64,000 nucleotides of DNA, from the NCBI GenBank assembly GCA_024720975.1, contig JANJXX010000001.1:191408-255407 (forward strand), given 5' to 3'. The translations under genes and the position numbers were made by a program. Each line of letters begins with the position of its first letter. Positions within the stretch are counted from its first letter, which is position 1. The DNA comes from Thermoproteota archaeon (GTDB taxonomy: Archaea; Asgardarchaeota; Njordarchaeia; Njordarchaeales; Panguiarchaeaceae). Of the stretch, positions 19,492-30,218 are shown one piece after another. The notes under the pieces were generated by a model that saw only the letters and a list, made by a program, of their open reading frames with translations, was not told the DNA's origin and did no database searches.

Positions 19492-20856
19492 TTAGCCGCT
19501 CCAGAGGTTTTCTCTTCTGAGAATTGCTCTAGCAACCGCGACCCCTGACGCTGAAGATTGTGCTAGACCTCTAGTTATTCCGGCTCCATCCCCACACACG
19601 AATACATTTTTTATCCCTTCGACTTCTAAGTCCTCATTTACACTCACTCTTGATGAGTAGAATTTTGCCTCAACAGCGTATAGCAATGTATCATCTGAAT
19701 ATACACCAGGAGCTATTTTGTCAAGTGTCTGAAGGAACTCAAGTATGCTAACGAGATGTCTATGTGGAAGTGCGAATGATATGTCTCCCGGAACGGCATC
19801 CTCTAACGTTGGCTCTACAATAGATCTAGCGATACGGTCCTTCGTTGAGCGACGTCCCCTCCTAAGGTCGCCAAGACGCTGTATCAATACTGATCCACCA
19901 GCAAGAAGATTTGCTAAGCGTGCAATATGCTTGCCATAAGCAATCGGATCCTTGAACGGTTCCGTGAAGAAACTACTGACTAAGACTGCGAAATTTGTAT
20001 TTAGGCTCTTCTTATTAGTGTATGAATGACCATTAGTTGTTATTACGTCCTCATATTGCTCCTTTATCACATACCCTCTAGGGTTGACGCAGAAAGTTCT
20101 TACCCTCTCGTCGTATGTTGGAGCAGCGTAAACGAATTTAGGATCATAGAGAATATCTGTTATGTCCTTAAGTGTCTCATATGTTGCCTCAACTCGGACA
20201 CCTATGTCAACGGGATTTATTGACATTTTTGCGCCTAATTTCTCCAGTTCGTCTTTAAGCCAGTTAGAGCCGGTTCTACCCGGTGCCAACACCAGGTAGC
20301 GCGCAACAAACTCATCGTTATTTTCAGTAACCGCGACCCTTCCCATATTGTTAATTAGAATGTTCTTTACGGTGGTTTTAAGGTATATGTCGACATGAGA
20401 GTTAAGCAAATCATGAATTCTTCTTAGCACTCTGATAGTGTTATCAGAGCCCACATGACGAACACGATAAGGTATAAGATGCATATGGTATGTTCTGGCC
20501 CTACTTATGAGATCCTCAACAGCATCTCTATCGGGCTCAATGACTTTTGATTCCGGACAAAGTTCACTCCAAATTTTATCAACATACTCAATAAGTTGAT
20601 GAGTTTTCCTTTCTCCAATAATTTCTGAGAGCCATCCCCCAACTTGCGTGGATACTGTAATTTTACCGTCTGCAAATAAACCAGCACCACCCCATCCTTT
20701 TACATAATCACTATTTCTTAAACGCTCATCAATAAAACCTCCCTGCTCGATTATAGCCACTTTCAATTTATTTTTGGAGTTTTTTACGAGCTCGAAGGCT
20801 GCAAAAAGCCCTGCGGGACCGGCTCCAACTATGACAACGTCATAATAATGCCTCAT
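19492..20856 (-). CDS. FAD-dependent oxidoreductase (COG2509-like)
   Basis: GAGPAG, GWGGAGLFADGK, DIGVRVE, RTFCVNP.G, NGHS, GDGAGITRG. Confidence 0.88.
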   Translation of the reverse strand: MRHYYDVVIVGAGPAGLFAAFELVKNSKNKLKVAIIEQGGFIDERLRNSDYVKGWGGAGLFADGKITVSTQVGGWLSEIIGERKTHQLIEYVDKIWSELCPESKVIEPDRDAVEDLISRARTYHMHLIPYRVRHVGSDNTIRVLRRIHDLLNSHVDIYLKTTVKNILINNMGRVAVTENNDEFVARYLVLAPGRTGSNWLKDELEKLGAKMSINPVDIGVRVEATYETLKDITDILYDPKFVYAAPTYDERVRTFCVNPRGYVIKEQYEDVITTNGHSYTNKKSLNTNFAVLVSSFFTEPFKDPIAYGKHIARLANLLAGGSVLIQRLGDLRRGRRSTKDRIARSIVEPTLEDAVPGDISFALPHRHLVSILEFLQTLDKIAPGVYSDDTLLYAVEAKFYSSRVSVNEDLEVEGIKNVFVCGDGAGITRGLAQSSASGVAVARAILRRENLWSG

Positions 20857-21192
20857 CTGAACACCATCTGTATGATTCTTATAATGTACCTGGTACTAAA
20901 AGGAAGGACTCAGTAATAAGACATCAGGGCGGTTTTATTCTTAACTTCACCAATATATATCATGTGTTTACAAATTGGTCCATTAGGACTATATGAAAAC
21001 GAACCAAAGATACAAAGTCAGCAGCATTTAACATTAAAACCTTAAATAGCTCGGTGGAGATGCAAAAGTCTAAACGCTAAAGACCAGAAAGATGTAACAA
21101 GAGTCAAGTTATCCAGAGCTAAAAAAGTCTGTCGGATTAATAACTAACAGATAATTTAACTTTTCTCCTCAAAATAATGTTGGTGTCCAAAC

Positions 21193-23091
21193 TTGTCATC
21201 AATAATCGGAGAACCCGGCGAAAAAAGGTTTTTACTTGGAAATGAAGCAATTGCTAGAGGCCTCATAGAGGCTGGAGTTGGATTCTCGGCAGGATACCCA
21301 GGAACACCTGCTTCTGAAATCATTGACACGCTTCTCCAAGCAAAACACATTGGTAAGTTTGAATACTACGTTGAGATAAGTACCAACGAAAAAGTAGCTT
21401 ATGAGGCTGCTTTTTCGGCCTGCTTGGCGGGCGTAAGAAGTTTTACCGCCGCTAAGCATGTCGGCATAAACGTTGCAGCAGATGCTATAGCCACATCCGC
21501 ATACATAGGAACAAATGCTGGTTTCGCTTTTGTGAGCGCAGATGATCCCAACTGCTGGAGCTCCCAAAACGAGCAAGATAATCGATGGTACGCTCGTATA
21601 TTCGGGCTGGTAATGATAGAGCCATCAACTCCGATGGAAGCCAAAGAAATGACAAAAATTGCATATGAAATCTCAGAAAAAGTACGCCTACCTGTCATTA
21701 TCAGGACGACTACTAGAGTAGCTCATATGAGAGGCTTAGTTGAGCTTGGTGAAATTCCTTCAACAATCAAAACTAAGGGTAAATTCGAAAGAGACATTTC
21801 CAGGTATGTCGTAGTACCGGCAAATGCGCGTAGAAATCACAAGCTTTTGCTAGATAGGATAGAAACTGCAGAAAAAATCAGCGAGGAGAGCAAATTAAAC
21901 TTCATCACAAGCACATCCGGAGCTCTCAAAAAGAAACTTGGGATAATAACCTCTGGTGTGAGTTACTTGTACGTTATTGAAGCTGCAGAAAAACTCGGCG
22001 TCGGCGTTGATATTCTAAAGTTGGGGTTTACTTATCCACTTCCTAGGAGGAAAATCGTGGACTTCCTGTCGAACAAAGACGCTGTATTAATTGTAGAGGA
22101 GGTCGACGGTATTCTCGAGAAGGAAATCAAGGCAATTGCTCATGAAAACGACCTGAGGATCCCAATACATGGAAAGGACTTAATCCCAAAACTTTATGAG
22201 TTAAATACTGCAATCGTTGACGGTGCTATAGCAAAGATTCTTGGACTTCCGTATAGTCCATACTCAGTGCAAATTAAGGCTCCAGATATTCCCTCAAGAC
22301 CTCCAATTCTATGTCCTGGTTGCCCTCACAGAGCTACATATTTCGCACTAAAGATGGCTTTAATCCGTGAGAAAATAAAACCAGAGGACGTTATCTACAC
22401 AACTGACATAGGTTGCTACACGCTAGGAATTAACCCACCGTACCAAATGGGCGATTTGCTGCTTTGTATGGGGAGCTCAATTGGAACGCTAAATGGACTC
22501 GCTGAGACAACTGACCAACTAATAATAGCTCTTATTGGCGATTCTACATTTTACCATGCGGGAATTCCAGCATTGATTAACATTGTATTTAATAAGCACC
22601 GGGCCTTTGTCATTGTACTTGATAACAGGATTACAGCCATGACCGGCTTTCAACCAAGTCCGTCTACTGGACTGACTGGCATGCTTGAAAGGACAAAGGT
22701 TGTTCCAATAGAGGACATTGCAAGAGCGATAGGTATCGACTACGTCAGCGTTATTGACCCTGTACTAAACATCAATGATGCCATAGAGAAACTCCAAGAA
22801 TCCATAAGACAGTACAGAATTGGTAAAACTGTTACAATTATATCGCGCTCACCGTGCGCACTTTATAATCTTAGAGTACAGGGCTATACAGGAAAAGGAG
22901 GGGTATATAATATAGACTCAGGTATATGCATAAATTGCGGAGTTTGTTATAAGCAATTCAATTGTCCTGCAATTCAATTCGATCCTGAACAAAATAAGCC
23001 ATTCATTCGATCAGACATATGCACTGGTTGCGGGGTATGCATGGACATATGTCCTGTTAAGGCAATTAAACGTGCAGATAAAAGTGTTTAG
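21193..23091 (+). CDS. iorA: Indolepyruvate:ferredoxin oxidoreductase alpha subunit
   Basis: LGNEAIARG, YPGTP, KHVG.NVAAD, SQNEQD, CPGCPH, DIGC, GDSTF.H, two C-terminal 4Fe-4S motifs. Confidence 0.95.
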   Translation: MSSIIGEPGEKRFLLGNEAIARGLIEAGVGFSAGYPGTPASEIIDTLLQAKHIGKFEYYVEISTNEKVAYEAAFSACLAGVRSFTAAKHVGINVAADAIATSAYIGTNAGFAFVSADDPNCWSSQNEQDNRWYARIFGLVMIEPSTPMEAKEMTKIAYEISEKVRLPVIIRTTTRVAHMRGLVELGEIPSTIKTKGKFERDISRYVVVPANARRNHKLLLDRIETAEKISEESKLNFITSTSGALKKKLGIITSGVSYLYVIEAAEKLGVGVDILKLGFTYPLPRRKIVDFLSNKDAVLIVEEVDGILEKEIKAIAHENDLRIPIHGKDLIPKLYELNTAIVDGAIAKILGLPYSPYSVQIKAPDIPSRPPILCPGCPHRATYFALKMALIREKIKPEDVIYTTDIGCYTLGINPPYQMGDLLLCMGSSIGTLNGLAETTDQLIIALIGDSTFYHAGIPALINIVFNKHRAFVIVLDNRITAMTGFQPSPSTGLTGMLERTKVVPIEDIARAIGIDYVSVIDPVLNINDAIEKLQESIRQYRIGKTVTIISRSPCALYNLRVQGYTGKGGVYNIDSGICINCGVCYKQFNCPAIQFDPEQNKPFIRSDICTGCGVCMDICPVKAIKRADKSV

Positions 23092-23911
23092 AAAAGGAAG
23101 AGAAACATTCTTTGGTTTCTATTATACCGAACCTGATACTGTCTCCAGAGACACGATAGCTATCATAGGATCACTCTGCATATCGAAAAGCATACACCCC
23201 GCACTAGGCCAGGGGAGAGCTACTCAAGTTCTGAGAAAGCTATCTAGAGAGTTTTGCACACATGGTCTTCATGCGAAGGTCCTATTAGAGGACTATGACA
23301 TAGTTGACCTCGGCGACTTCTGTAACAAGAAATTGACTTCTGTTGTTACCCAAGTTCTAAGAAAGGGAGCTCGAGTGCTTGTTATTGGAGGAGATCACAC
23401 AACAACCCTATATGCGCTAAGAGACATCAATGTGGCTAATTTAACGGTCTTTGATGCTCACTTAGATTCAGAGGAGTGCAAAGAAGGAGTTCATCACGGG
23501 TGCGTCATCCGAAAGTTGATAGAGGAGAAAGACAGACTAGAAGTGACTCTTGTTGGAATGCGCGGATACTCAACATTGAAAGGTGAGATTGAATTCTTGA
23601 AACAACGAAGTCAGCGAATCTTTGCTTGGCCTGTAAGCGAGGAAACTGTTAAATTATGCTTCAGAGAGAGTGAGTATATCTCAATAGACTTAGACTTCTT
23701 CAATCCTAGCAGTTTCTGGGCTGTTCGTGCTCCCGAACCTTTGGGTTTTGATATAAATCACTTTATCTCAATCATTAATGAAGTCAGAAAAACCAACGCT
23801 AGGTATATTGATGTAGTCGAATATTCACCAGAAGCTGATCCCGGATACGTTTGTGGTAAACTATTACTCCAGTTAGTACTCGAGATTTTGTCGACTCTAA
23901 CGCAAAACTAG
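23072..23911 (+). CDS. Arginase/agmatinase (ureohydrolase) family protein
   Basis: GGDHTT, FDAHLD, SIDLDFF, PEPLG, DVVEYSP. Confidence 0.85.
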   Translation: MQIKVFRKGRETFFGFYYTEPDTVSRDTIAIIGSLCISKSIHPALGQGRATQVLRKLSREFCTHGLHAKVLLEDYDIVDLGDFCNKKLTSVVTQVLRKGARVLVIGGDHTTTLYALRDINVANLTVFDAHLDSEECKEGVHHGCVIRKLIEEKDRLEVTLVGMRGYSTLKGEIEFLKQRSQRIFAWPVSEETVKLCFRESEYISIDLDFFNPSSFWAVRAPEPLGFDINHFISIINEVRKTNARYIDVVEYSPEADPGYVCGKLLLQLVLEILSTLTQN

Positions 23912-24079
23912 ACGTTTTGAGCCTCACTTGTTAGGGCGAGAAATTCGGCACTAGTATAAGCAACTTTATTTTTTGTTGATAATCTACTGTAGAACCTCAA
24001 TCCACGACGCAAGCTCTACTAGTAGAAACGCGCACATGGCACTATACGTAGTACATAATTTCATTCCTTTACATTTGCT

Positions 24080-25069
24080 CTAACCTGATTTACAGTCAAT
24101 TAGCTCATTATATATGCTCAGTAGCCTTTCTACAACTCTATCAGGACTATGGTATTTCTCAAAGTATTCATACTCTTTCCTCCAGAGATTAATATCTGCT
24201 CCCATTATCGCCTCAGCTAGCTCTTCCTCCTCAATAAGATCCTTTAGGGGAAAGTCCCTGTATTCAGGGTATTTGGATGAAACATATGCTATAACTGGCC
24301 TACCGCATGCAATAGCCTCTAACGGAACAATTGGCAAATAGCCAACGAATGTACTCACTACAACATCTGCATTCCAATAATATTCACGAACTTTTTCATG
24401 CGGAACTTTTGGAAGTATATTTAAGCGCAAACCTAGAGAATTGGCTAGAGCTAAGGTTCTATCAAAATCTACTCCATATCTAATAATTGAGACTTCAACG
24501 TCGTCTCTGATTTTACTTAAAGCCCTTATCGCCTTGTCTGTACCCTTTGTAATCCAATTACACGCATCTGCTATGAGCACTCTCTTTTTTCCACTGTGCT
24601 CAATAGGAGGCTTCGGATAGAATACCTGAGTATCTACGGGATTCGGTAGGTATAACACGTCATCTCTAAATCTCCTAGCTATGGGTAATAGATCTGGTGT
24701 ACTAACTATAACCCTGTCACAATTCATTAGGTTATATCTAACTATTCTGCCCCAGACGCGATGCTTCATCGTCGTCCTTAAGTCACTACCATGGGCATGT
24801 CCAATTATAGGGCCCTTCTTAAGACGCAGCGTAAGGTAGCAATCTTGGAGAAGATAATGCACATGATAAATATCACTCTGTGTTCTTAGAATCTTATATA
24901 GTATACCAAAGGTTTTATCCCAAAGGCTTCTTGTTCGCTTGATATGCTGCTTTCTTATAGAGTTCGGCATATATTTGAGCAGAGTCTCACCAACGAATGA
25001 ACAATCATTTATCATAACTACTCTCATAAACTGCACCAAAGTTAATAGAACTTTGCTAAGTAAAATCAC
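24080..25069 (-). CDS. Glycosyltransferase family 4 (likely start MRVVM at 25027)
   Basis: HAHGSD, PNPVD, KGTD, VPLEAIACGRPVI. Confidence 0.85.
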   Translation of the reverse strand: MILLSKVLLTLVQFMRVVMINDCSFVGETLLKYMPNSIRKQHIKRTRSLWDKTFGILYKILRTQSDIYHVHYLLQDCYLTLRLKKGPIIGHAHGSDLRTTMKHRVWGRIVRYNLMNCDRVIVSTPDLLPIARRFRDDVLYLPNPVDTQVFYPKPPIEHSGKKRVLIADACNWITKGTDKAIRALSKIRDDVEVSIIRYGVDFDRTLALANSLGLRLNILPKVPHEKVREYYWNADVVVSTFVGYLPIVPLEAIACGRPVIAYVSSKYPEYRDFPLKDLIEEEELAEAIMGADINLWRKEYEYFEKYHSPDRVVERLLSIYNELIDCKSG

Positions 25070-25090
25070 TGATATCTAGATTAATCACTG

Positions 25091-26905
25091 TTAATGCTCT
25101 TTTTGCATCGTAGCTACGTACTTAGTCAACTTTGGTGGATAATCAATAGTTTTTCCTCTAAGCATGCCTAGTTTTAGAGCCAGTCGTTGTAGTGGTAATG
25201 TATATAAAATCGGTTCAAGGAGGTCATGTATTCTGGGCACCCGCACAATATGTTTCGCAAATTTGCTTCCTAGCGTATCCTCTTCATCTGTTATTACCAG
25301 TATTTCACTGGCAAAATCTTTAATCTCATTCATCAACTCGTATGTATCTTCTCGTGCCTCTGGGTCCTGTGGCATTAGAAATATTACTGGATACCTGTAC
25401 TCCATAAGCGTTTTTGTTCCATGTCTAAATTCCCCAGAATCTAATCCTTCGGCGTGTATCTGAGCTACTTCCTTTAATTTGAGTGCTCCCTCTAGTGCTA
25501 TTGGATAATTTGCTGCACGCCCTAGAACGAATGCATTGTTAAATTTAAATACCCTCGAAGCAAAATCATCCACAACTGCCGAGCACGCGACCATTGTTTT
25601 TGCTGCTAGAGAAGGTAAGTTCTCAAGTTGATCCTCAAGTTCTTTCTTTACACTTTTTGATTCATCTAGAAGCTCAATAGTAAGCCTGGCAAAAGTTGCT
25701 AATTGAGCTATAAATGTTTTCGTAGCGGGGACAGCAACTTCTATACCTGCAGCAATGTGAAGGTAGACATTAGAAGCAAACATTAATGGCGTGCCCAATC
25801 GATTAATTAAACCTATTATTATTGCACCCCTCATTCTTGATTGAGTCACTGCTCTCATAACATCTGTAGTCATCCCGCTTTGTGAGTTTGCAATTACTAC
25901 ATCTCCTGGATTGACCTTTTGCAAATAGAAGTATATGAATTCCACAGCATTTTGAACGATATGTTGAATTTCCAGGAGCTCGCTTATAATGTATCCACCA
26001 TAGAGGGCTGAGTTAAATGACGAACCAGAGCCTATCACAAATAATTTCTCAGAACTCTTAATTAATCTCGCAGCAATCGCTAGATACTCTGGCGGTTGGG
26101 CATACTTCTGTGCAGCCAATACGAGTGGAATTTCAGATATCTCACGCTCCATGTGGTAGTCAAAACCACCAGGTATCTTTCCTAACCGAATTTGTGGCTT
26201 AATTAGTTCACCTGATATCACGTTTATTTTTCCATCAGAAATTTTGATAAGACCGTCTGCGATTGCGTACAGCTGCAGATTATGTCTAGCTATTACATCG
26301 GGCTCCGATGATATTATCAATTTCCCTGGTTCTCCCTCACTAATTCCTATATACTCCATTAAATTCTTCGTGAGGAGGTATACACTGCCGTCCTGTGCGT
26401 CACGCAGTAATACTGAAAAGACACCTTTGATGGAGTTATGCATATTTGCTAGAACCTTATCTACGCTTGACAAGTGCTTTGTATCCTCTTCAATTCTGTG
26501 TACTAATAATTCCGAGGGATCTTTCCCCTCAATCAGATGACCGATCTTTATCAATTCAAAATAGAGTTTAGTGGGATTGCAAACTAGTCCACGTGCTATT
26601 AGTAGAAATCTTTGCGTGCAATCTAAGGAAGGTGGCGTATTTTGTATGGCAGGACGTCCATGAATAGCATATCTGCAGACACCCATTGCAAGGTCAAACG
26701 AATCGGCTTCTCTTCGAAATTTGCCTATGATTTCATCAAGGTCCAAGTCCTTCCAAATTCTCACGTTTGAATCGAAACATATCGCTAAACCAAAGCCTTC
26801 GTTACCATAGTGTGAGAGTATTCTAAAGCAGTCCGTAATAGTTTCAAATGCGCCTTTTTCCCTCGTCGGATTTGTTATGAGAAAAAGCCCTCCGTATCCT
26901 ACCAG
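25091..26905 (-). CDS. GlmS paralog with degenerate glutaminase domain and intact SIS isomerase domains; probable CTG start
   Basis: SQSG.T.D, AVPATKTF, EGALKLKE, EFRHG, PPKLTK. The frame is open upstream of the called GTG to CTG at 26905, preceded by GGGTGA. No N-terminal Cys. Confidence 0.75.
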   Translation of the reverse strand: MVGYGGLFLITNPTREKGAFETITDCFRILSHYGNEGFGLAICFDSNVRIWKDLDLDEIIGKFRREADSFDLAMGVCRYAIHGRPAIQNTPPSLDCTQRFLLIARGLVCNPTKLYFELIKIGHLIEGKDPSELLVHRIEEDTKHLSSVDKVLANMHNSIKGVFSVLLRDAQDGSVYLLTKNLMEYIGISEGEPGKLIISSEPDVIARHNLQLYAIADGLIKISDGKINVISGELIKPQIRLGKIPGGFDYHMEREISEIPLVLAAQKYAQPPEYLAIAARLIKSSEKLFVIGSGSSFNSALYGGYIISELLEIQHIVQNAVEFIYFYLQKVNPGDVVIANSQSGMTTDVMRAVTQSRMRGAIIIGLINRLGTPLMFASNVYLHIAAGIEVAVPATKTFIAQLATFARLTIELLDESKSVKKELEDQLENLPSLAAKTMVACSAVVDDFASRVFKFNNAFVLGRAANYPIALEGALKLKEVAQIHAEGLDSGEFRHGTKTLMEYRYPVIFLMPQDPEAREDTYELMNEIKDFASEILVITDEEDTLGSKFAKHIVRVPRIHDLLEPILYTLPLQRLALKLGMLRGKTIDYPPKLTKYVATMQKEH

Positions 26906-26932
26906 TTTTATTCACCCTAGCCCCTTCTTTCT

Positions 26933-28747
26933 TTATTTGACAGTAACACTCTTAGCCAAATTTCTAGGCTTATCCGGATCTAGACCTTTGCAAACTGCGG
27001 TGTGATACGCTAAAAGTTGTAGCGGAACCACATAAAGCATAGGAGCAACTTCTGGATCTAACCTTGGAATTTCTATCGTCAAGTCGGATAACTCTTGCGC
27101 TTCGGTATCGCCAGCCGGTATTAAGGATATGATCTTACCACCACGACATTTCATTTCTTGAATATTTGCAATTACAGCACTATGATTTTTATCCTCAAGT
27201 ACGATCACAACTACAGGAAATCCCTCCTCGACCAATGCTATGGGGCCATGTTTTGATTCGCCTGCGGGATACGATTCACTGTGAATGTACGCTATTTCCT
27301 TCAGTTTAAGCGCTCCTTCTAATGCTATGGGTTGGCCTAAACCTCGCCCGAGGTAGAATGCGTTTGTCTTTACCTTTATCCAGTTGGCTATAAAGAGGGC
27401 TCTGTTATTGAAATACTCCATATTCTCCGAGAGTACTCTTGGAACAGTTTGGAGTGATTGTATTTGTCTTTCGTAGTCTATACCTTGCAATTCAAGTACT
27501 TTCTTTAGAATTACGATAAAGCTAGCTATTTGCGTAGTGAAAGTCTTTGTTGCTGCGACGCCTATCTCTGGGCCCGCACCCATTACAATGGACTTGTCGC
27601 TAATCATCCTCAATGTACTTCCCATGTTATTAACTAGGCTAATAATCCTAGCTCCTTTACTTTTAGCAATCTTAACCGCTTGAATCGTGTCAAAAGTTTC
27701 ACCCGATTGCGAAACAGCAAGGATCACGTCATTCGGCTCTATCGCGCCTCCGACAAGATCTTCGAATTCTGAAGCAATAACTGCCATCGATTTTAGACCC
27801 CATTTTGCATACAAGTATTGAGCATATAGTGATGAATAATACGAAGAGCCTGCTCCGACAATATATAAAAAGTTTGCATTGAGGAGATCCGCTGCTACTT
27901 CACTAGCTTTATGCGACACTGATATTATTGTCCTCTGTATAGCATCTGGTTGCTCATAAATTTCTTTTAGCATAAAGAAGGGGAAGTTTCCCTTCCGGGC
28001 TTGATCAATATTCCATGGAACTTCAAAGAGTTCCGGGGGTTTCAGATTAGGATCCATGTAATTTTCGATATGTAATTCACTTCGAGACACGAAGCCTATG
28101 TCACCATCTCTCAGGACCAAAGCCTTTTTAGTCCACTCTAGAAATGCCGGTATGTCGCTAGCTACATAAAATTCATTATCACCAATACCAATGATTAGTG
28201 GTTGTCCATTCCTTGCAAAGAAAATTTTTTCGCTGTCATAGCTCGTCAAAATCGCGACTGCGTAGGTTCCCTTAAGCCTTTTTAAAGCTTTCTTCAACGC
28301 ATCTAGAATATTCCGCGATTCTCGATAGTAATGCTCTAGTAAATGCGGAATAACCTCAGTGTCTGTTTCGGATCTAAAAACATGTCCTTTGAGTTCTAGT
28401 TCCTCGCGGAGCTCTAGGTAATTATCAATTATGCCGTTGTGGACTACTGCAATAGTTCCGTGACAATCTACATGGGGATGCGCATTTATATCATTAACAA
28501 CACCATGCGTTGCCCAGCGTGTGTGAGCTATTCCGATCTCAGAGTTCTTTTCTTGAATTCGCGAATTCGCTAGAAAGTTATCTATGGTGCCCTTCGCTTT
28601 CATAACGGTTATAGACTTGCTATTGCAATCGAAAAATGCAAAGCCACAAGAATCATAGCCGCGGTATTCTAAGTTTTTGAGCATCTTGATGAGCTTAGGA
28701 ATGATGTTAAAGTAATTCTTAGAGACGATCCCAGCAATGCCGCACAT
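26933..28747 (-). CDS. glmS: Glutamine-fructose-6-phosphate transaminase
   Basis: MCGI, LEYRGYDS, HTRWATHG, HNGII, SETDTE, PRNLAKSVTV. Confidence 0.97.
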   Translation of the reverse strand: MCGIAGIVSKNYFNIIPKLIKMLKNLEYRGYDSCGFAFFDCNSKSITVMKAKGTIDNFLANSRIQEKNSEIGIAHTRWATHGVVNDINAHPHVDCHGTIAVVHNGIIDNYLELREELELKGHVFRSETDTEVIPHLLEHYYRESRNILDALKKALKRLKGTYAVAILTSYDSEKIFFARNGQPLIIGIGDNEFYVASDIPAFLEWTKKALVLRDGDIGFVSRSELHIENYMDPNLKPPELFEVPWNIDQARKGNFPFFMLKEIYEQPDAIQRTIISVSHKASEVAADLLNANFLYIVGAGSSYYSSLYAQYLYAKWGLKSMAVIASEFEDLVGGAIEPNDVILAVSQSGETFDTIQAVKIAKSKGARIISLVNNMGSTLRMISDKSIVMGAGPEIGVAATKTFTTQIASFIVILKKVLELQGIDYERQIQSLQTVPRVLSENMEYFNNRALFIANWIKVKTNAFYLGRGLGQPIALEGALKLKEIAYIHSESYPAGESKHGPIALVEEGFPVVVIVLEDKNHSAVIANIQEMKCRGGKIISLIPAGDTEAQELSDLTIEIPRLDPEVAPMLYVVPLQLLAYHTAVCKGLDPDKPRNLAKSVTVK

Positions 28748-28884
28748 TTACTTCGCCCCGTCCACATATAATTAGGAGAAAATTGTTGAAAATTCAAATA
28801 TTCTTATGAATATCGTGCAACTGAGTGCTCTACCTCCACATTTAAAATAATCAAAATGCAATGATAAGACGAATATGAAGCTAG

Positions 28885-29160
28885 GTGAATGATTTGCAGG
28901 TGCGCTCAAAACTTATCCTAAAGCTGATTTCAGAGGAGAAATTAAAACCAGTTGAGGAAAGCTCAAGATCATCCATAAAGGATTTGCCACTCAAACCCAT
29001 TAGATGTACCAGTTGCAACAAATTCATAGACTATACAGAGGAGGGTAACGTCATCTTCTTATGTCCAGTATGTAGGGAATCCATTATAGTACGCTGCAAG
29101 AAATGCCGTAGGATAGGAAGGAGGGTTAAATGTCCAACTTGTGGTACTGAATATCCATGA
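28885..29160 (+). CDS. Small archaeal double zinc-ribbon protein (DUF1610-like)
   Basis: Four CxxC motifs (CTSC, CPVC, CKKC, CPTC) with F.CP.C...I.RC..CR..G pattern. Confidence 0.75.
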   Translation: MNDLQVRSKLILKLISEEKLKPVEESSRSSIKDLPLKPIRCTSCNKFIDYTEEGNVIFLCPVCRESIIVRCKKCRRIGRRVKCPTCGTEYP

Positions 29161-29183
29161 CTACAAGTCAATAGTGGCAAAAA

Positions 29184-30170
29184 ATGACTAAGCTAACCTC
29201 AAAACTGAAGGTAGTAGAAGATCTAAAGTTAGACGAAAATATAACAGTAGCTGAACTTGTTGATAGGTTCTACCTCGAATCCGGTTTTACTGCACGTAAG
29301 TTAGCAATGGCAGCCAAAATTTTGGAGAAAATGCTTAGAGACGATAAATGCATCAACATGCTCTCTTTCCCAGCGGCAATTATAGCAACTGGCATACGCG
29401 GAATTTTCGTTGAACTTATTAAACGTGGATACTTTGACATTGTTATTACCACATGCGGAACGATAGATCATGATCTAGCTAGAAGCTTTAAGGAGTACTA
29501 TCATGGATGGTTTGAGGCTGATGATAAGTTTCTCCATAGGAGCAATATTCACCGTATTGGAAACATATTCGTCCCCGCTGAAAGCTATGGATTGATTATA
29601 GAAGAGAAAACAAAAGCCCTTCTCGAGTATCTGTGGAATGAGGGAATAAGGTCTATATCTACGAGGGAACTTCTATGGAAACTAGCTGAGGTCATTATCG
29701 ATAAAAGCCCAAAGAAGGAAAACAGCATTCTGTGGTGGTGCTGGAGGAAAAAAATTCCGATTTATGTTCCGGGCATCGTAGATGGAGCATTTGGTTTTCA
29801 ATTGTTTATGTTTTATCAGGATCACAAATTCAACATCGACTTATTGAAGGACGAGAAAGAGCTCGCTGATATTGTCTGGTCATCAAAAAAGATTGGAGGA
29901 TTAATCATTGGGGGAGGCATTTCAAAGCACCATCTTATATGGTGGGCTCAGTTTGCAGGTGGATTACGCTATGCGATATATCTAACAACTGCCCCTGAGT
30001 ATGACGGCTCTCTTAGCGGGGCTAGACCAAAGGAGGCCATATCCTGGGGTAAAATTGCTGAGGAAGCAAAGCATATAGTTGTCGAAGGCGATGCCTCTAT
30101 TTTACTTCCGCTAATAGCCGCTTATGCTATCAATCGTATTCCAGAAAGAAAAAATAAGACTTTTTTCTAA
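29184..30170 (+). CDS. dys: Deoxyhypusine synthase
   Basis: GGGISKHH, DGSLSGARPKEAISWGK (active Lys), EGDA. Confidence 0.95.
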   Translation: MTKLTSKLKVVEDLKLDENITVAELVDRFYLESGFTARKLAMAAKILEKMLRDDKCINMLSFPAAIIATGIRGIFVELIKRGYFDIVITTCGTIDHDLARSFKEYYHGWFEADDKFLHRSNIHRIGNIFVPAESYGLIIEEKTKALLEYLWNEGIRSISTRELLWKLAEVIIDKSPKKENSILWWCWRKKIPIYVPGIVDGAFGFQLFMFYQDHKFNIDLLKDEKELADIVWSSKKIGGLIIGGGISKHHLIWWAQFAGGLRYAIYLTTAPEYDGSLSGARPKEAISWGKIAEEAKHIVVEGDASILLPLIAAYAINRIPERKNKTFF

Positions 30171-30218
30171 CATTCAAAGATTAATGCTAAAGAAATTCGA
30201 TTTGACTGGCGGATTCCT

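Noticed and set aside
19140-19535. 131-aa minus-strand ORF between iorB and the FAD oxidoreductase
   Set aside because: Overlaps both neighbours and has no recognisable motif; a short real gene cannot be excluded but is unsupported
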